From: Lingula anatina
Lineage: Eukaryota > Animalia > Brachiopoda
Length of the DNA: 64,000 nt
Assembly: GCA_051362555.1 (NCBI GenBank)
Contig: CM120640.1
Coordinates: 24,662,225 to 24,726,224 of the forward strand
Reading direction: 5' to 3'
Made by a program: the position numbers and the translations under genes. Positions within the stretch are counted from its first letter, which is position 1; every line of letters starts with the position of its first letter. Below the pieces are notes generated by a model that was not told the origin of the DNA, made no database searches, and saw nothing but the letters and a program-made list of their open reading frames with translations. Positions 1 through 11,293 of the stretch are shown here, in pieces.

Positions 1-539
1 ATACTGGGGCAAATATATATTATACAAAATGTGAGTGACACTGACATGTCTCAGAGTCACCATATTGTGAAATGATATAGAGAGAGATATTTGTATATAC
101 ACACATGCATACATTCCATTTCAGTCATGGGATGGTCTAAGCAAATTTGTGCATATGGGAGCATACCCTGCAACATTTGTAAGTAGATTTTCACATTTTT
201 AGTTGAAGGCATCGTAGTAAATAATTCATTTTGATACACTCCTCAAAATGTTGTTTCCATAAAAGTTTCTACACAAGTTTCTTGGCATGTAGGTGAAAGA
301 TTTTGGTCTAATATTTAATCTATGTTTATATCAGAATTGTAATTTTTAATGCACAAACATAGTAAATATTTTTCTATGATACTGTTATCCTGCATGTTGA
401 AATGAACTTACTAGTAAAGCATCAGAGTTCAGGCAAAATTAAATGGACTGTTCGTCTTTATCTTCTTATTTTTCAGGGTGAAAATGCTTCTGCGCCCAAA
501 CCAAAATATATAACTCCAGAGGGCTCACCTTTACTTTGA
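1..539 (+). CDS. Possible last two coding exons of an upstream, unidentified gene (exon ..30 and exon 477-539)
   Basis: Donor GTGAGT at 31-36 and a pyrimidine tract plus CAG ending at 476. A phase-0 join reads ILGQIYIIQN|GENASAPKPKYITPEGSPLL*. AATAAA motifs follow near 988, 1080 and 1178. No homology recognised. Confidence 0.33.
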
Positions 540-2097
540 CTGTATAATACTAGGTGTTTGCAGTTTTCAGTATTTGAAAATAATGAATTAACAGGACAGT
601 TATGCACATTGCATACCACTGATGGAGAGTAAGTTATACATTTTGTAGTAATTGGTTGCATAGGACTTCAGAAGTAACCTGAAAAGAAGTGTTTTGGGTG
701 TTCTAAAAACAGATAGACTTCTAGAAGAATTCTTGCTCTTTGAAACATTTGTGCATTGGAGATGAGTAATGTTTCAAGCATTTTTTTCTGAAAAAATTTG
801 AAATAAATGGAGCTTTGCAAGCTCAAATTTGTTTCCTCAATTCTTACACCCAAAGCCTGATGAAAATGAAGAAAAGTAGTAGACAAAAAACAAAACAATT
901 TAAATGTACTTAACAAGCTGATTGCCTGTGTTGTAATCTTAACTGCATTTTAAACTGTATGACAAAGTGTTTGTTAGGTTAGCATAAAATAAAGGATAAT
1001 TTTTAACTTAAAAGCTGGCAAGTTGGCATGACACCAAAATTAACACAAACTGTCGAGATTCACTGGCCATTCTCTTTCCAATAAAGCAATTGATGCTGTC
1101 AAAGTGAATGGGGGGAGGGGGGGTATTTATTTTAGAATACAACGGTTAGCAGTTGAGACTATATATGTATCTGTTGTTAATAAAGGCATAACAGTTTGCA
1201 GTTATCAACTGAAACATGTAAATCCAATTTTCAAATGAACAAATTCTGGGAATTGTCTCGAGCCTGACATGATCTTCATTCTCAATGAAACACATCTCCA
1301 AAAAACTTAAAAAGTCAACTTAAAACATTTATTTTTCTGCTTAAAACTCCACAAAAAGTGATCATAGTAATCATTTGCTAAATTTTAACAAAATTATTAT
1401 CCCAAAAACAAATTATTATCCCAAAAACAATCTTCGTTAGTCAAAAAGATGATTCACAATTTCAAAATTCCAGCTGTGTGCACATCCTTAAAAACTCAAT
1501 TGTTACATTTAAGTCTACAATAAGTGGTCAAAAGAATTACCTACTTAATTTGAGCAAAATTAGATTGAATCATTCCTGGAACAATTTTGTTAGTGAAAAC
1601 TGATACAAAGAAGGCAGTTGGGTATATGTCAAAAAGCACATTTATAACAGTAATTTAAATTGTGAAATCTTGAAATTCAGTGGGATATTTTACATATAAA
1701 AGCTGGTGGTATTTATCAAAGTATTTATACAGATGTTTCGTCATTTTAAGTACTTTCAGATAATTTCACAGCAACAAATTACCTGAAAGCCCAAGACCTT
1801 TGTAAAAATAGTCATGATTACACTTAAATCCATTTTCAAATTACAAAAATCTTCACAAAGCTGATATTGATTCCTGAATAAAATGGAGTATGTGGCACTT
1901 TCAAATATTCATACAACATAAAATTATAATTATTATAATCATAATGATAATTAAAATACATTAGTATTCATTATCAACATTTCTTTGCCATTTTAGGTGC
2001 CATGTTTGAGTATTTATGAGAAATACAAAAAAAGAAAGATTCAAATCCTTTGAAAATGGACTAACTTAAAGATGCAAAAATTAGCTTTCTTCTGCAT

Positions 2098-5000
2098 TTA
2101 GGATGGTGTTTTCTCTTCCACTCCTTCGATAGGTTCATTTCTACAAATGATAGCAATCCTCCTTTCTCTGTGGACATTTCTTCCTTTAAAGGTAGAGAGC
2201 TTTTGTGGCAATATCTCATGAGTGAAATCGTACCTTGCTTTCCCTCTGTAATACAAATAATTGAAATTTGTATCACTATTTATAATCAGAATTTCAAATT
2301 TTGAATTAGTACTAGGACAATAACTCAAACCAACTTATAAGAGGTATTTCACAAAAGAACACACGAGTCCAGACATTGGTCTCATGTTTTGGACATTGTT
2401 ATATTACAGACCAAATTGAACTACTTCCTATGAATTTATCTTGAAATAAATAAAATGAAAATGTTGGTATAAAAGGTTTGGCCAGTTTGGAGGCTTCAGT
2501 TATTTTGTGAGACGGTCCCAGCACTTAAAAACATAAATAAAAATTTACATTTTAGATGACAGTTATATGCAAACACCCTGAGCTTCAGAGATAACTTGAC
2601 ACTAACCTCTTCACTGTACCCTATCTTCATCGTGTCAAGTTACTTGCTACAGTGAAGAGGATAGTGTCAAGTTCTATTTCGTATAAAAATATCGGTCAGT
2701 CTTAAATGAGATATGCTTGCGCATGCGTACTCAGTTAGCTTGTGACATGCGGCTGGGTAGTCAGCCTGAAAATAGATGCGATCTATTTCTATCAGAATTA
2801 TAATCTAAAACAAACGTAGTTTGTTTGCTTAAGTTGGAAACATTTTTGCAACGGAGTTGCAATCTTTTATGCGGCATATATATTGATCTGTAACGTAGTT
2901 ACACATTGTAGGCTACGAATCATTTGTGTGCCAAACTTAATTTCAATATGGCGGCCGAAAGCACGTGTAGTGCTGTTTTACCGGGCCTTTCAAAACCCGC
3001 AATAGATACATGTAAGAATAGCGAGGACGTTAAAGCAAAGAAAGTAAGAACTAGAACAGGAAAGGGGAAACTAGACGACAAAGCAAAATCTAGTCATAAC
3101 AGTGATGAATATTTAACTATAATGAAAAATATACAAGAAACTGTGCAGAGACAGGAAACGAGCATTAACAGCGTCGTGGGACGCATAGATACTTTAGAGA
3201 AACAGTACCTGTATCACGATGAATATTGTGAGGAGAATTATGACTTTGATGAACAGTATGATGAAAGATTGGAGGATGAAACATGCCCGGAGGCAGGTAC
3301 TAGTAGCACAAACAGATTTGATGATATGACGAAGAGATATAAATTAATAGAGTATACAGACGTGGAAGTTGACAGTGTGTTGGCGAGTAGTGTCAATGAT
3401 TTGTTCACCAATGGGATAGTAGATCATTCAAAGTATACAGAACTTACCAAAGATGAAAATAACTCACGGCCAAAAAACTGTGAAAGTTTGGTGATAGTCA
3501 AAACCAATAAAATGGTATGGAACATTATTCCTCAATATGCCAAAACAAATGATAAGAAGTTACAGGATGTTCAAATGTCAGTTGTAAAAGCAGCTACGTT
3601 GATGACTAAAGGAATAGACAAACTGGCTAAGTTAGAAACAGGAAATGACACGAGTGAAGGGCTTGGAAAACTCATTGATATGTTCAATGACAGTATTGCT
3701 TTGCTTGGTCATGCCAATACACAGATTAACTGTTTTAGAAAGGATTTGTTAAAACCAAACCTCAAGCCAGAGTACAAACCTTTGTGCAATCATAACATTC
3801 CGTGCACAACTTTTCTCTTTGGAGATGATATTACCAAATCTGCAAGGGAAGTGGAAGATTCTGCGAAAATGAGTTATAAAATGATGCAGAGTAGAATGGG
3901 CTTGGATTATAGAAACCGCCCATACCAAAGGGGCCCACGATTCAGGGGACGAATGAGAGGAAGGTACAATCGTGGCCGAGGAAGTTCTTCCCAGAGGGGT
4001 GCACATGCAGATTCAAAAAACTTCTCATGGCAAAGCAGCCAGTGGGATCAGAACAGATACTAGAGGTGAGACATAAATTTCAAGCTGGTAGATTGCATTT
4101 GTTTGTAGATGAATGGAGAAAATTGACCAGTGACCCATATATCTTGGATATAGTACAAAATTGTCATATAAATGTTGATACCAACATTGGATTTCAAAAC
4201 TTAAATGATATGGTGAAATATAGGTTTAACACAGAAGAAACAATTATAATCAGGAAAGAAATTTCTAAACTACTTGATCTTGGTGTTATTAAGAAAGTTC
4301 AAAGTGTACCGGGGCAGTTTTTATCTCCTATTTTTGTACGCCCTAAAAAGAATGGAGAATACAGAATGATATTAAATCTTAAGAAGCTGAATCAACACAT
4401 TCCCTATGAACATTTTAAAATGGATACTTTTGAAAAGGCATTGACCTTAGTGACAAAAGGATGCTTCCTAGCATCAATTGATATAAAGCATGCATATTAT
4501 AGTGTGAAAATAGCAGAAGAACAGCAAATTCTTTTTCGTTTTGTTTGGGAAGGAAATATCTATCAATACACATGCCTTGCAAATGGCGTTTCTGAAGGGC
4601 CCAAAATATTTACGAAATTATTAAAGCCTGTATATGCAAAATTGAGAAGTCTTGGCCATTCTAGTTCAGGATTTATTGATGACAGTTTATTGTGTTCAGA
4701 TAATTACCTTGAATGTGTTGAAAATATAAGATGCACAAAACATCTAATGGAAACACTTGGTTTTATAATCAATGCAGAAAAGTCTGTCCTTATTCCCCAA
4801 CAATCATTGTTGTTTTTGGGAAATATAATTGATTCTGAAAGTATGACGGTGACTTTACCTAAAGATAAAATGGATCACATTGTACAGCAGTGTAAAATGC
4901 TTATCATTAAAACAGAAGCAAAAGTAAGACTAGTAGCTAAAGTGATTGGAATTATAGTTTCAACATTCTCAGCTGTTGAATATGGTAAACTCCATTATAG

Positions 5001-8000
5001 AGAACTTGAAAAGCAGAAGATAAGTGCTTTAAAAAGCAACAATGGAAATTATGATGCTATGATGCACATTACAATTAGTATGAAGCAAGAATTACAATGG
5101 TGGATGGAAAATGTCCATTTGCAAAGAAGGAAAATTGACAAAGGAAATGTTGACATTATATTGTATACTGATGCATCCAAATTAGGCTGGGGTGCTCATT
5201 TGGAGGGTCAAAAAATTGGTGGTAGATGGTTTCCAGAAGAAGCTAACCTTCATATAAATGCTTTAGAGTTACTAGCAATATTATATGCATTGCAGTCTTT
5301 TACATTTAGATTTGAAAATAAACATGTAAAGATCATGAGTGATAATATTACAGCATGTGACTATATTCAGAATATGGGTGGAATTAAATCTTATGATTGC
5401 AATAACATAGCAAAAAAGATTTGGCATTGGTGTATCGAGAAAAATGTTTGGCTCACCTGTGTCCATGTGCCAGGGAAAGATAATGTAGATGCTGATGATG
5501 CTTCTAGGAAGTTTAATGAACGTTTAGAATGGAAGTTGAATGAGAATGTATTTCAAAAGATATGTGAAAAATTTGGAAATCCATTTATTGATCTTTTTGC
5601 CTCTAGATTAAATGCGCAAGTTGAAAGATATTGTTCATGGCAGGCAGACCCCTTTGCTTGGGGTATTAATGCATTTACTTATGATTGGGGAACACTGAAT
5701 TATGTTTATCTGTTTCCACCTTTCAGTTTGCTGGGTCATTGTATCCAGAAGATTCGCAAAGACAAAGCCAGGGGTATTATAGTGGCTCCTGTATGGCCAA
5801 CACAGATATGGTTTGCAAAGTTGATGGAATTACTTGTGGAAAACCCAATAGTCATTCAAAAGAAAAAAGGTCTGCTAACTTTACCAGGGAACAAGCTCCC
5901 AGTGGAACATCCTCTTATGGACAAGTTGAAACTCGTTGTATGCAAAGTATCAGGGAACAGTTTAGAGAACGAGGCCTTTCTGAGCAATCAACCCACATAC
6001 TTATGTCATCTTGGCGTACAGGGACAAAGAAACAATACAACGTGTTCATTAAACGCTGGTTCAAATACTGTGGTGAAAGGAAAATTAATTCAATTTCACC
6101 ACATGTGGAAGAGGTGATAGAATTTCTTACAAAACAGTTTAATGATGGCTTAGCTTATGACAGTTTAAATACAGCAAGAGGTGCTATTTCATCAATGGGT
6201 ATTCAAATTGATGGAGTTTCAGCAGGGAGTCATCCATTGGTGATAAGATATATGAAAGGCATTTATAATTTGAGGCCACCAAGACAACGTTATGCTCAAA
6301 TTTGGGATGTTAATAAAGTTCTGGTTTTCTTAAGGAAACTTTCACCAGTAAAGCACTTGACTTTGAAGGATCTGACTTTAAAACTTACAATGCTCATGGC
6401 ATTAATTAATGCCACACGTGTACAAACATTGCATTTAATTTCTGTAGTTGATATGAAAAAGTTGAGTTCAGAGTTTGTGTTTCAGTTATGTGGTTTACTG
6501 AAGCAAAGTAGACCAGGTTGTAATTCATCACATATTGTGTTTAAAGCTTACCCTCCAGATAGGAGGTTGTGTGTTTATACTGTTTTAAAAGAGTATATAG
6601 CTCATACAAAGACATTGCGTAGGCATAATGTTGATAAAAATTTGCTTATAAGTTATATGAAACCTTATAAACCTGTTCAAAGAGATACTATTTCTAGATG
6701 GATCAAAGTTGTAATGACAAAATCGGGAATAGACACTACTTTATTTGGTGCTCACAGTGTGAGAGCTGCTGCTGTTTCAAAGGCAAAAATGAATTCTGTG
6801 CCAGTGACAGATATTTTGAACAAAGCTGGTTGGAGTACTGAAAAAACATTTGCAAAATTCTATGAGAAACAAATCGAGGATAAAGCTACCACATTTGAAT
6901 ATGGAGTTTTAAAAAGGAAGTAATGAGCACATTCATATACTAGTATATACTGGCATGTATAGGTTTACATGAGTATCTGTTGATGATTTGTTGAAACTGT
7001 TCTAAACGATATTTTAAGCTGAAATAAAGGCCATTGAATACTGGTTTATTGATGTTTGTCACATTTTACTTTAAAGTCTCATTTAAGACTGACCGATATT
7101 TTTATACGAAATAGAATTTAAAATTAAACGAGACTTACCTTGGTTAAGTCGATGTTTGATTGTAATTCTGTGAGTGTAAAAATGAGGGAGGGCTTAAATG
7201 CCACCCTCCCCACCCAGCTTACTCAGTAATATAATTCCAATGTAATCAGCTCACAGATATAAATATATATATATATATTTCATAATACTACTAATAGATA
7301 AATAAATAAAAATGTTCTTTAAAAAAAAAAATGTGAAAACATCAAGCTTTAAAGGCTGAGTACGCATGCGCAAGCATATCTCATTTAAGCCCTCCCTCAT
7401 TTTTACACTCACAGAATTACAATCAAACATCGACTTAACCAAGGTAAGTCTCGTTTAATTTTAAATTTTCTCTGAAGCTCAGGGTGCATGCAAATGGCAT
7501 GCAGCAATAAAGCATTAAGCAACTAGTTCTTGTCATGATAAAATTTAGATCTAGGATCTAGTGCCCCATTTCACAAAAACCCATAAACTCTCCAGCTAAG
7601 CATAGATCAATGAAATCAAATAGTTGACTGCCCAAAGTAAAATTTCTATTATTGGTCAACAGTAAATACCTTTTATAAACCACTGGTTCACAATAAATGT
7701 AATCGAGATTCATACCAATCCAATGAGGACCAAATCAAGACAATTATAATTTGCATTAGAGACTAATTAAAAGACTGATTTACATAAGTGGGCTAAAATT
7801 CTTTGAAGTCCTCACTAATAACTGTTTCTGAGATAATCATTTTGTGACACAGGCCCAAGGCTCAACATCAATGATACCTTGTTTGTAGTTACAAAATAAC
7901 AGAAATGTCAATAGAGCTCTAAAAAAACTGATTTTTGTCTGGAGTGGGTTCAAATATCACTTATTGCATTCCCATTAACTATTCAGTGGCAAACTTATTG

Positions 8001-11000
8001 AGGCAAATTTTGTTTCCTAACAACAGCATGTACCTCAACACATAGATAGACCGTTCCTTGAGAAGCACTTTGGCCCATTTGTCCTTCTCTTTTTCATGCA
8101 CCAATTTCATCACGCAGGAAGATAAGAGATTCATGCCTGCAATGGTTGGGCCACAGAACTGCAACAAACCAAAACATTCCATTTAAACAGAATCAACTGC
8201 ACAATCAATATGCTTCATGTAAATGCAAAGCTCATTAGCTTCAAAACATGCTTCCTGTTCATCTGAGAAAGGATGCATAGGCACAATGAGGTGAACAGCA
8301 ATTAAGTGATGATGTAATAAAACAAAATATAATAATCCAAAATATAACAATAAATATGGCATGGCTAAGTATATTTGGTAGGTGTTCAAATTTTGGAAAG
8401 GGTAATTGGTTTAAGAACAATTTATATAATCAATTTCAAAAGAGGCAATTTTTCCTGAACTTTCACGAATCTAACTTTTATTGTTTATAATTTAATTTTT
8501 TTTTATAATTTTCATAATTCATAAATTCTCATTTACAAAAAGTTATGTGTCAAAGGAATAAATACATGAGCTGTTCCATTAAAAAAGTATCACAAACAAA
8601 AAATTGAGATAGTTATTACCTTTAACATGCAATCACTTTCAAAACCAAATCTTTAAAATTTAATGACCAGTCATCACAATACATCCTTTAATACAAAACC
8701 TGTTGTATATAGACAGAGGAAGACAGGCCAAATGTCAAATGGCCAGAGTACCATACACAGGCAATTACAACTGTAACTGCATGACAACCAGCTTGACAAT
8801 TGCCACTAACATGGGTAACTCATCTGAATTAGTTATGATGCATCATTCCATTCTTACACTGTATATCAAATAACTGATTACATTTTGTACGTGCATTTCT
8901 GCATTGTAAAATGTGTCGGAATCTGTACTTGTAAGTAAATTGACAAAGTTACAATTCCCTACATAAAATTGTCATCTGATTTGAATTCCTTGTTATATAT
9001 TATCAAATGCATAACACATATTATATGAGGTGTGGGCATGCTTTAGAGACTGTTCCCAGAGACTATTGTACTAACTTTGGATCGAACTATCTCCAAGGGG
9101 ATTCTCGCTTAATTGCAATTAACTAAAACGACTTAGATGTCTTCCATGCTTACTGAAGCAGATATGAGGTAATTAACTATCATTAACAGCTTTAACAGGC
9201 GTGCCAGATATCTTACCCACTTAAGCTGAAAGTAGTTTACCAGATACCCCCTTGGAGATGGACCGATCCTGTTTGATCGATCTAGGGATGGGAATCCAGT
9301 CTTGGAGAGCAATGCAAAGCCGCAAGCTTCAAAAAGCAAGCTACTGCAGGTTTAAGCACCAAAATTGGCAGCAAAAGAAGTCTTCATTCTAAAGATCCTT
9401 GGTAACTTACTTCATCACATACAAAGATCGTCTTTCAATTAAAATATCTGCAAACTTGTCTTTCTGTTCATAATGAACAAATCTCATCACACACGGTGAT
9501 AGTGTGTTCAAACCCGCTATTACGTTACCACAAAACTAAAAGAAAAAAGTATTTCTGTTACTATTTAGAAAATATACAAGCTCTAATTGTTCATTTGATG
9601 CCGTCCAAGATAAATTAATGTAACTTGTCAATTAATGATTGTTCTTAAAAGTTAAAGAAGCACTTGATAAGCTTTTAAAGCTCTAGAGAGCAAAAATACT
9701 CTTTTAAATACAGTACAGTAGCCAAATATACTAATTTACAGAAAAATATATATGTATGTTTACTTATAAATAGAATCAGTCATGCTAAGCATCTTAAGAA
9801 TAAATAAAATATAATAATAATGAAAATAAACTAGAAAAGCAGACAGCAGACCTTTGCAAAGGCTAATTTAACAGAATATTTTGGTTTTACTGAAAAAAAT
9901 TTTAATATTATTAATCAATTATTTAATAGATCACCACCAAAATATAATCAATATTAAGTAAACCTTTTTCAAACCTTTCCTGAAAAATTGTTTTAAAAAA
10001 CAGTCCACAATTTTTTGAGTTAGACTGTTAACTAACAAACCTTAAAAGGCAAAAACAACCTACTTCAAAGAACTAATATTAGAAAAATTTTCACATGTTT
10101 CTCAGAGGTATGATGTGCTAACTTATTAAAAATTGTGAACAGGACTGCTAATGCATGAATTTTGTGCCACTGACAACCATAATGAATGTTCTGTTTCGAT
10201 ATCCTATTTACAGACATATAAGAATGGACTTATACTGAGTAAGAGATGTGCATTTTATATAGGGGTACAACTCTGCCTCATGACTGTACTGTTATGATCA
10301 CCCCCCTCAATATTACTTGCATTATTCAAAAGTATCATAGCTCGCAAAAATAATTAACCTTTTATTTTTAAAACATATTTTGTAAATAACCTTATATTTA
10401 TCACTTTCTGGTGTATAAAAATGTAACCTTTTCTTTTCCCCGAACAGATTTTTTTAAAAACACTTGTATATTTCAAGCTGGACATTCGTAGTATAAGATA
10501 GTACAAAAAAATGTGATGGTTAAATACTCACCCTAACACTGTCAATGTGTGGGTTGATGTAGCCACTTCTGGAGAGGTCTAAGAGGTGAACGTATGTAAG
10601 TTGTGGAACATCGGGAGGGAATGCAAGTTCACGAACTCTGTTGATAATCTCAGTGTTTGCTTTGTTCCAATCCTTTTTGTCTGTTTCACGATAACCATAA
10701 ATAACCTAAAACCAAAACTCTCAGTGTGATTAAGGACATATGTTTTACATTGTGTATGACACCCTGACTTCATAGTGCTATTTATTGTCATTTTTCTTTG
10801 GTCGTAAATAAATTAGTGCTATGGTTTTGTGAACAGGTTTGCCTTTAAAAATATACCTACGATCCAAGGTAAGAACACTCATAATAAAATAAAGCTGCAT
10901 AATGTCTAACCTTTTATGTTAATAATGTCAAATGCAATGAAAACAACTGTCATTGTCAATTATCATTGGTAATATGTAATGACTTACGCTATCCCAGTGG

Positions 11001-11293
11001 TCAAATTCATATTTCATCATTTTGAGTCGTGGTTCTACCTCGGAGAGCAGCGACAACTCTTCCTTTTCGGACAGAAAGTTTTCAAATATGCTGACATCTT
11101 CTGCAATCACTGATTCGGTCTCGGGATCACTAGCATCTATATAATCACGAACCTCCGCTTTCTTCATTTTCATTTCACCATAACCAGCAAAGGTTTCAGT
11201 CCGAGCAGTGCTTGAATATCGGCATATTGCTATTCGAACTGTAGAGCATTTCCAGACATTCCTTATAATACCTGACATGGCAATTAAAGACAT
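2098..11293 (-). CDS. ALKBH7: Alpha-ketoglutarate-dependent dioxygenase AlkB homolog 7, 4 exons (about 11293-10988, 10705-10532, 8158-8034, 2245-2098)
   Basis: Spliced protein ...YEFDHWDS|VIYGYRETDK...VHLLDLSRSGYINPHIDSVR|FCGPTIAGMNLLSSCVMKLVH...SIYVLR|GKARYDFTHEIL...RERRIAIICRN matches ALKBH7 (HxD...H...R triad). All introns are GT-AG and phase-consistent. Start ATG uncertain (11329, 11293 or 11278). Confidence 0.93.
2341..2520. mobile_element. Decayed MITE-like remnant
   Basis: Degenerate inverted termini GGTATTTCACAAAA ... TTTTGTGAGACGGTCCC, the same terminal type as 7561-7857. Confidence 0.35.
2672..2734 (+). repeat. DIRS left terminus / left ITR
   Basis: 2701-2734 (CTTAAATGAGATATGCTTGCGCATGCGTACTCAG) is the exact reverse complement of 7356-7389. 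2672-2711 is complementary to ICR 7077-7116. Confidence 0.92.
2948..4063 (+). CDS. DIRS ORF1, gag-like protein
   Basis: Intronless ORF upstream of RT with a coiled-coil/acidic N-terminus, RPKNCESL...N..VW and R...LKP.L...YK.LC......LFGDD motifs typical of DIRS ORF1, and an RG-rich C-terminus. Confidence 0.85.
   Translation: MAAESTCSAVLPGLSKPAIDTCKNSEDVKAKKVRTRTGKGKLDDKAKSSHNSDEYLTIMKNIQETVQRQETSINSVVGRIDTLEKQYLYHDEYCEENYDFDEQYDERLEDETCPEAGTSSTNRFDDMTKRYKLIEYTDVEVDSVLASSVNDLFTNGIVDHSKYTELTKDENNSRPKNCESLVIVKTNKMVWNIIPQYAKTNDKKLQDVQMSVVKAATLMTKGIDKLAKLETGNDTSEGLGKLIDMFNDSIALLGHANTQINCFRKDLLKPNLKPEYKPLCNHNIPCTTFLFGDDITKSAREVEDSAKMSYKMMQSRMGLDYRNRPYQRGPRFRGRMRGRYNRGRGSSSQRGAHADSKNFSWQSSQWDQNRY
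4027..6117 (+). CDS. DIRS ORF2: reverse transcriptase, RNase H and Dam-like methyltransferase domain
   Basis: RT motifs FVRPKKNGEYRMILNLKKLN, IDIKHAYY and FIDD. RNase H motifs TDASKLGWG, HINALEL, SDN and HVPGKDNVDADDASR. MT-like motifs IDLFASRLN...AFTYDW...YLFPPF. Confidence 0.96.
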   Translation: MAKQPVGSEQILEVRHKFQAGRLHLFVDEWRKLTSDPYILDIVQNCHINVDTNIGFQNLNDMVKYRFNTEETIIIRKEISKLLDLGVIKKVQSVPGQFLSPIFVRPKKNGEYRMILNLKKLNQHIPYEHFKMDTFEKALTLVTKGCFLASIDIKHAYYSVKIAEEQQILFRFVWEGNIYQYTCLANGVSEGPKIFTKLLKPVYAKLRSLGHSSSGFIDDSLLCSDNYLECVENIRCTKHLMETLGFIINAEKSVLIPQQSLLFLGNIIDSESMTVTLPKDKMDHIVQQCKMLIIKTEAKVRLVAKVIGIIVSTFSAVEYGKLHYRELEKQKISALKSNNGNYDAMMHITISMKQELQWWMENVHLQRRKIDKGNVDIILYTDASKLGWGAHLEGQKIGGRWFPEEANLHINALELLAILYALQSFTFRFENKHVKIMSDNITACDYIQNMGGIKSYDCNNIAKKIWHWCIEKNVWLTCVHVPGKDNVDADDASRKFNERLEWKLNENVFQKICEKFGNPFIDLFASRLNAQVERYCSWQADPFAWGINAFTYDWGTLNYVYLFPPFSLLGHCIQKIRKDKARGIIVAPVWPTQIWFAKLMELLVENPIVIQKKKGLLTLPGNKLPVEHPLMDKLKLVVCKVSGNSLENEAFLSNQPTYLCHLGVQGQRNNTTCSLNAGSNTVVKGKLIQFHHMWKR
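5685..6923 (+). CDS. DIRS ORF3: tyrosine recombinase (probable ATG at 5793 or 5940), overlapping ORF2 in another frame
   Basis: N-terminal SAM-like integrase region (SWRTGTKKQY...LNTARGAIS), catalytic R (ATRVQ), HSVR, and AGWS...TFAKFY with the nucleophile Tyr. Confidence 0.95.
   Translation: MGNTELCLSVSTFQFAGSLYPEDSQRQSQGYYSGSCMANTDMVCKVDGITCGKPNSHSKEKRSANFTREQAPSGTSSYGQVETRCMQSIREQFRERGLSEQSTHILMSSWRTGTKKQYNVFIKRWFKYCGERKINSISPHVEEVIEFLTKQFNDGLAYDSLNTARGAISSMGIQIDGVSAGSHPLVIRYMKGIYNLRPPRQRYAQIWDVNKVLVFLRKLSPVKHLTLKDLTLKLTMLMALINATRVQTLHLISVVDMKKLSSEFVFQLCGLLKQSRPGCNSSHIVFKAYPPDRRLCVYTVLKEYIAHTKTLRRHNVDKNLLISYMKPYKPVQRDTISRWIKVVMTKSGIDTTLFGAHSVRAAAVSKAKMNSVPVTDILNKAGWSTEKTFAKFYEKQIEDKATTFEYGVLKRK
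7077..7200 (+). repeat. DIRS internal complementary region (ICR), a copy of the circle junction
   Basis: 7077-7116 is the reverse complement of 2672-2711. 7115-7200 is the reverse complement of 7382-7467. The two halves share the AA/TT dinucleotide. Confidence 0.93.
7356..7467 (+). repeat. DIRS right ITR plus right extension
   Basis: ITR 7356-7389, followed by an extension complementary to the ICR and ending ...GTTTAATTTTAAATT. Confidence 0.92.
7561..7857. mobile_element. Decayed MITE-like remnant
   Basis: Degenerate inverted termini GCCCCATTTCACAAAA ... TTTTGTGACACAGGCCC. Confidence 0.4.
9044..9302. repeat. ~260-bp foldback element in ALKBH7 intron 2
   Basis: Inner IR GGATCGAACTATCTCCAAGGGG (9079-9100) / CCCCTTGGAGATGGACCGATCC (9248-9269). 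Outer degenerate IR AGACTGTTCCCA / TGGGAA(TC)CAGTCT. Confidence 0.55.

Larger units (their letters stand above)
2672..7467 (+). mobile_element. Full-length DIRS1-like tyrosine-recombinase retrotransposon in ALKBH7 intron 3, antisense to the host gene
   Basis: Three overlapping intact ORFs (gag, RT/RNaseH/MT, YR). Perfect 34-bp ITR at 2701-2734 and 7356-7389. Internal complementary region 7077-7200 matches both termini. No target-site duplication. Confidence 0.96.
2574..7486. repeat. ~120-bp palindromic (foldback/MITE-like) element split by the DIRS insertion
   Basis: Left arm 2574-2618 is CACCCTGAGCTTCAGAGATAACTTGACACTAACCTCTTCACTGTA. Rejoining 2648-2673 with 7468-7486 gives its reverse complement with 2 mismatches. 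Confidence 0.8.

Noticed and set aside
5580-5960. Dam-like adenine methyltransferase domain sitting inside an AlkB-family demethylase gene as a writer/eraser system
   Set aside because: The MT-like domain is a standard part of DIRS ORF2, and its motif is FPPF rather than (D/N)PP(Y/F). The location is best explained as coincidence.
9380-9420. Box C-like GTGATGA (minus) followed by GGATCTTTAG, complementary to U5 snRNA, as a possible scaRNA/snoRNA
   Set aside because: No convincing terminal box D or terminal stem, and the 10-nt complementarity includes G-U pairs and can occur by chance.
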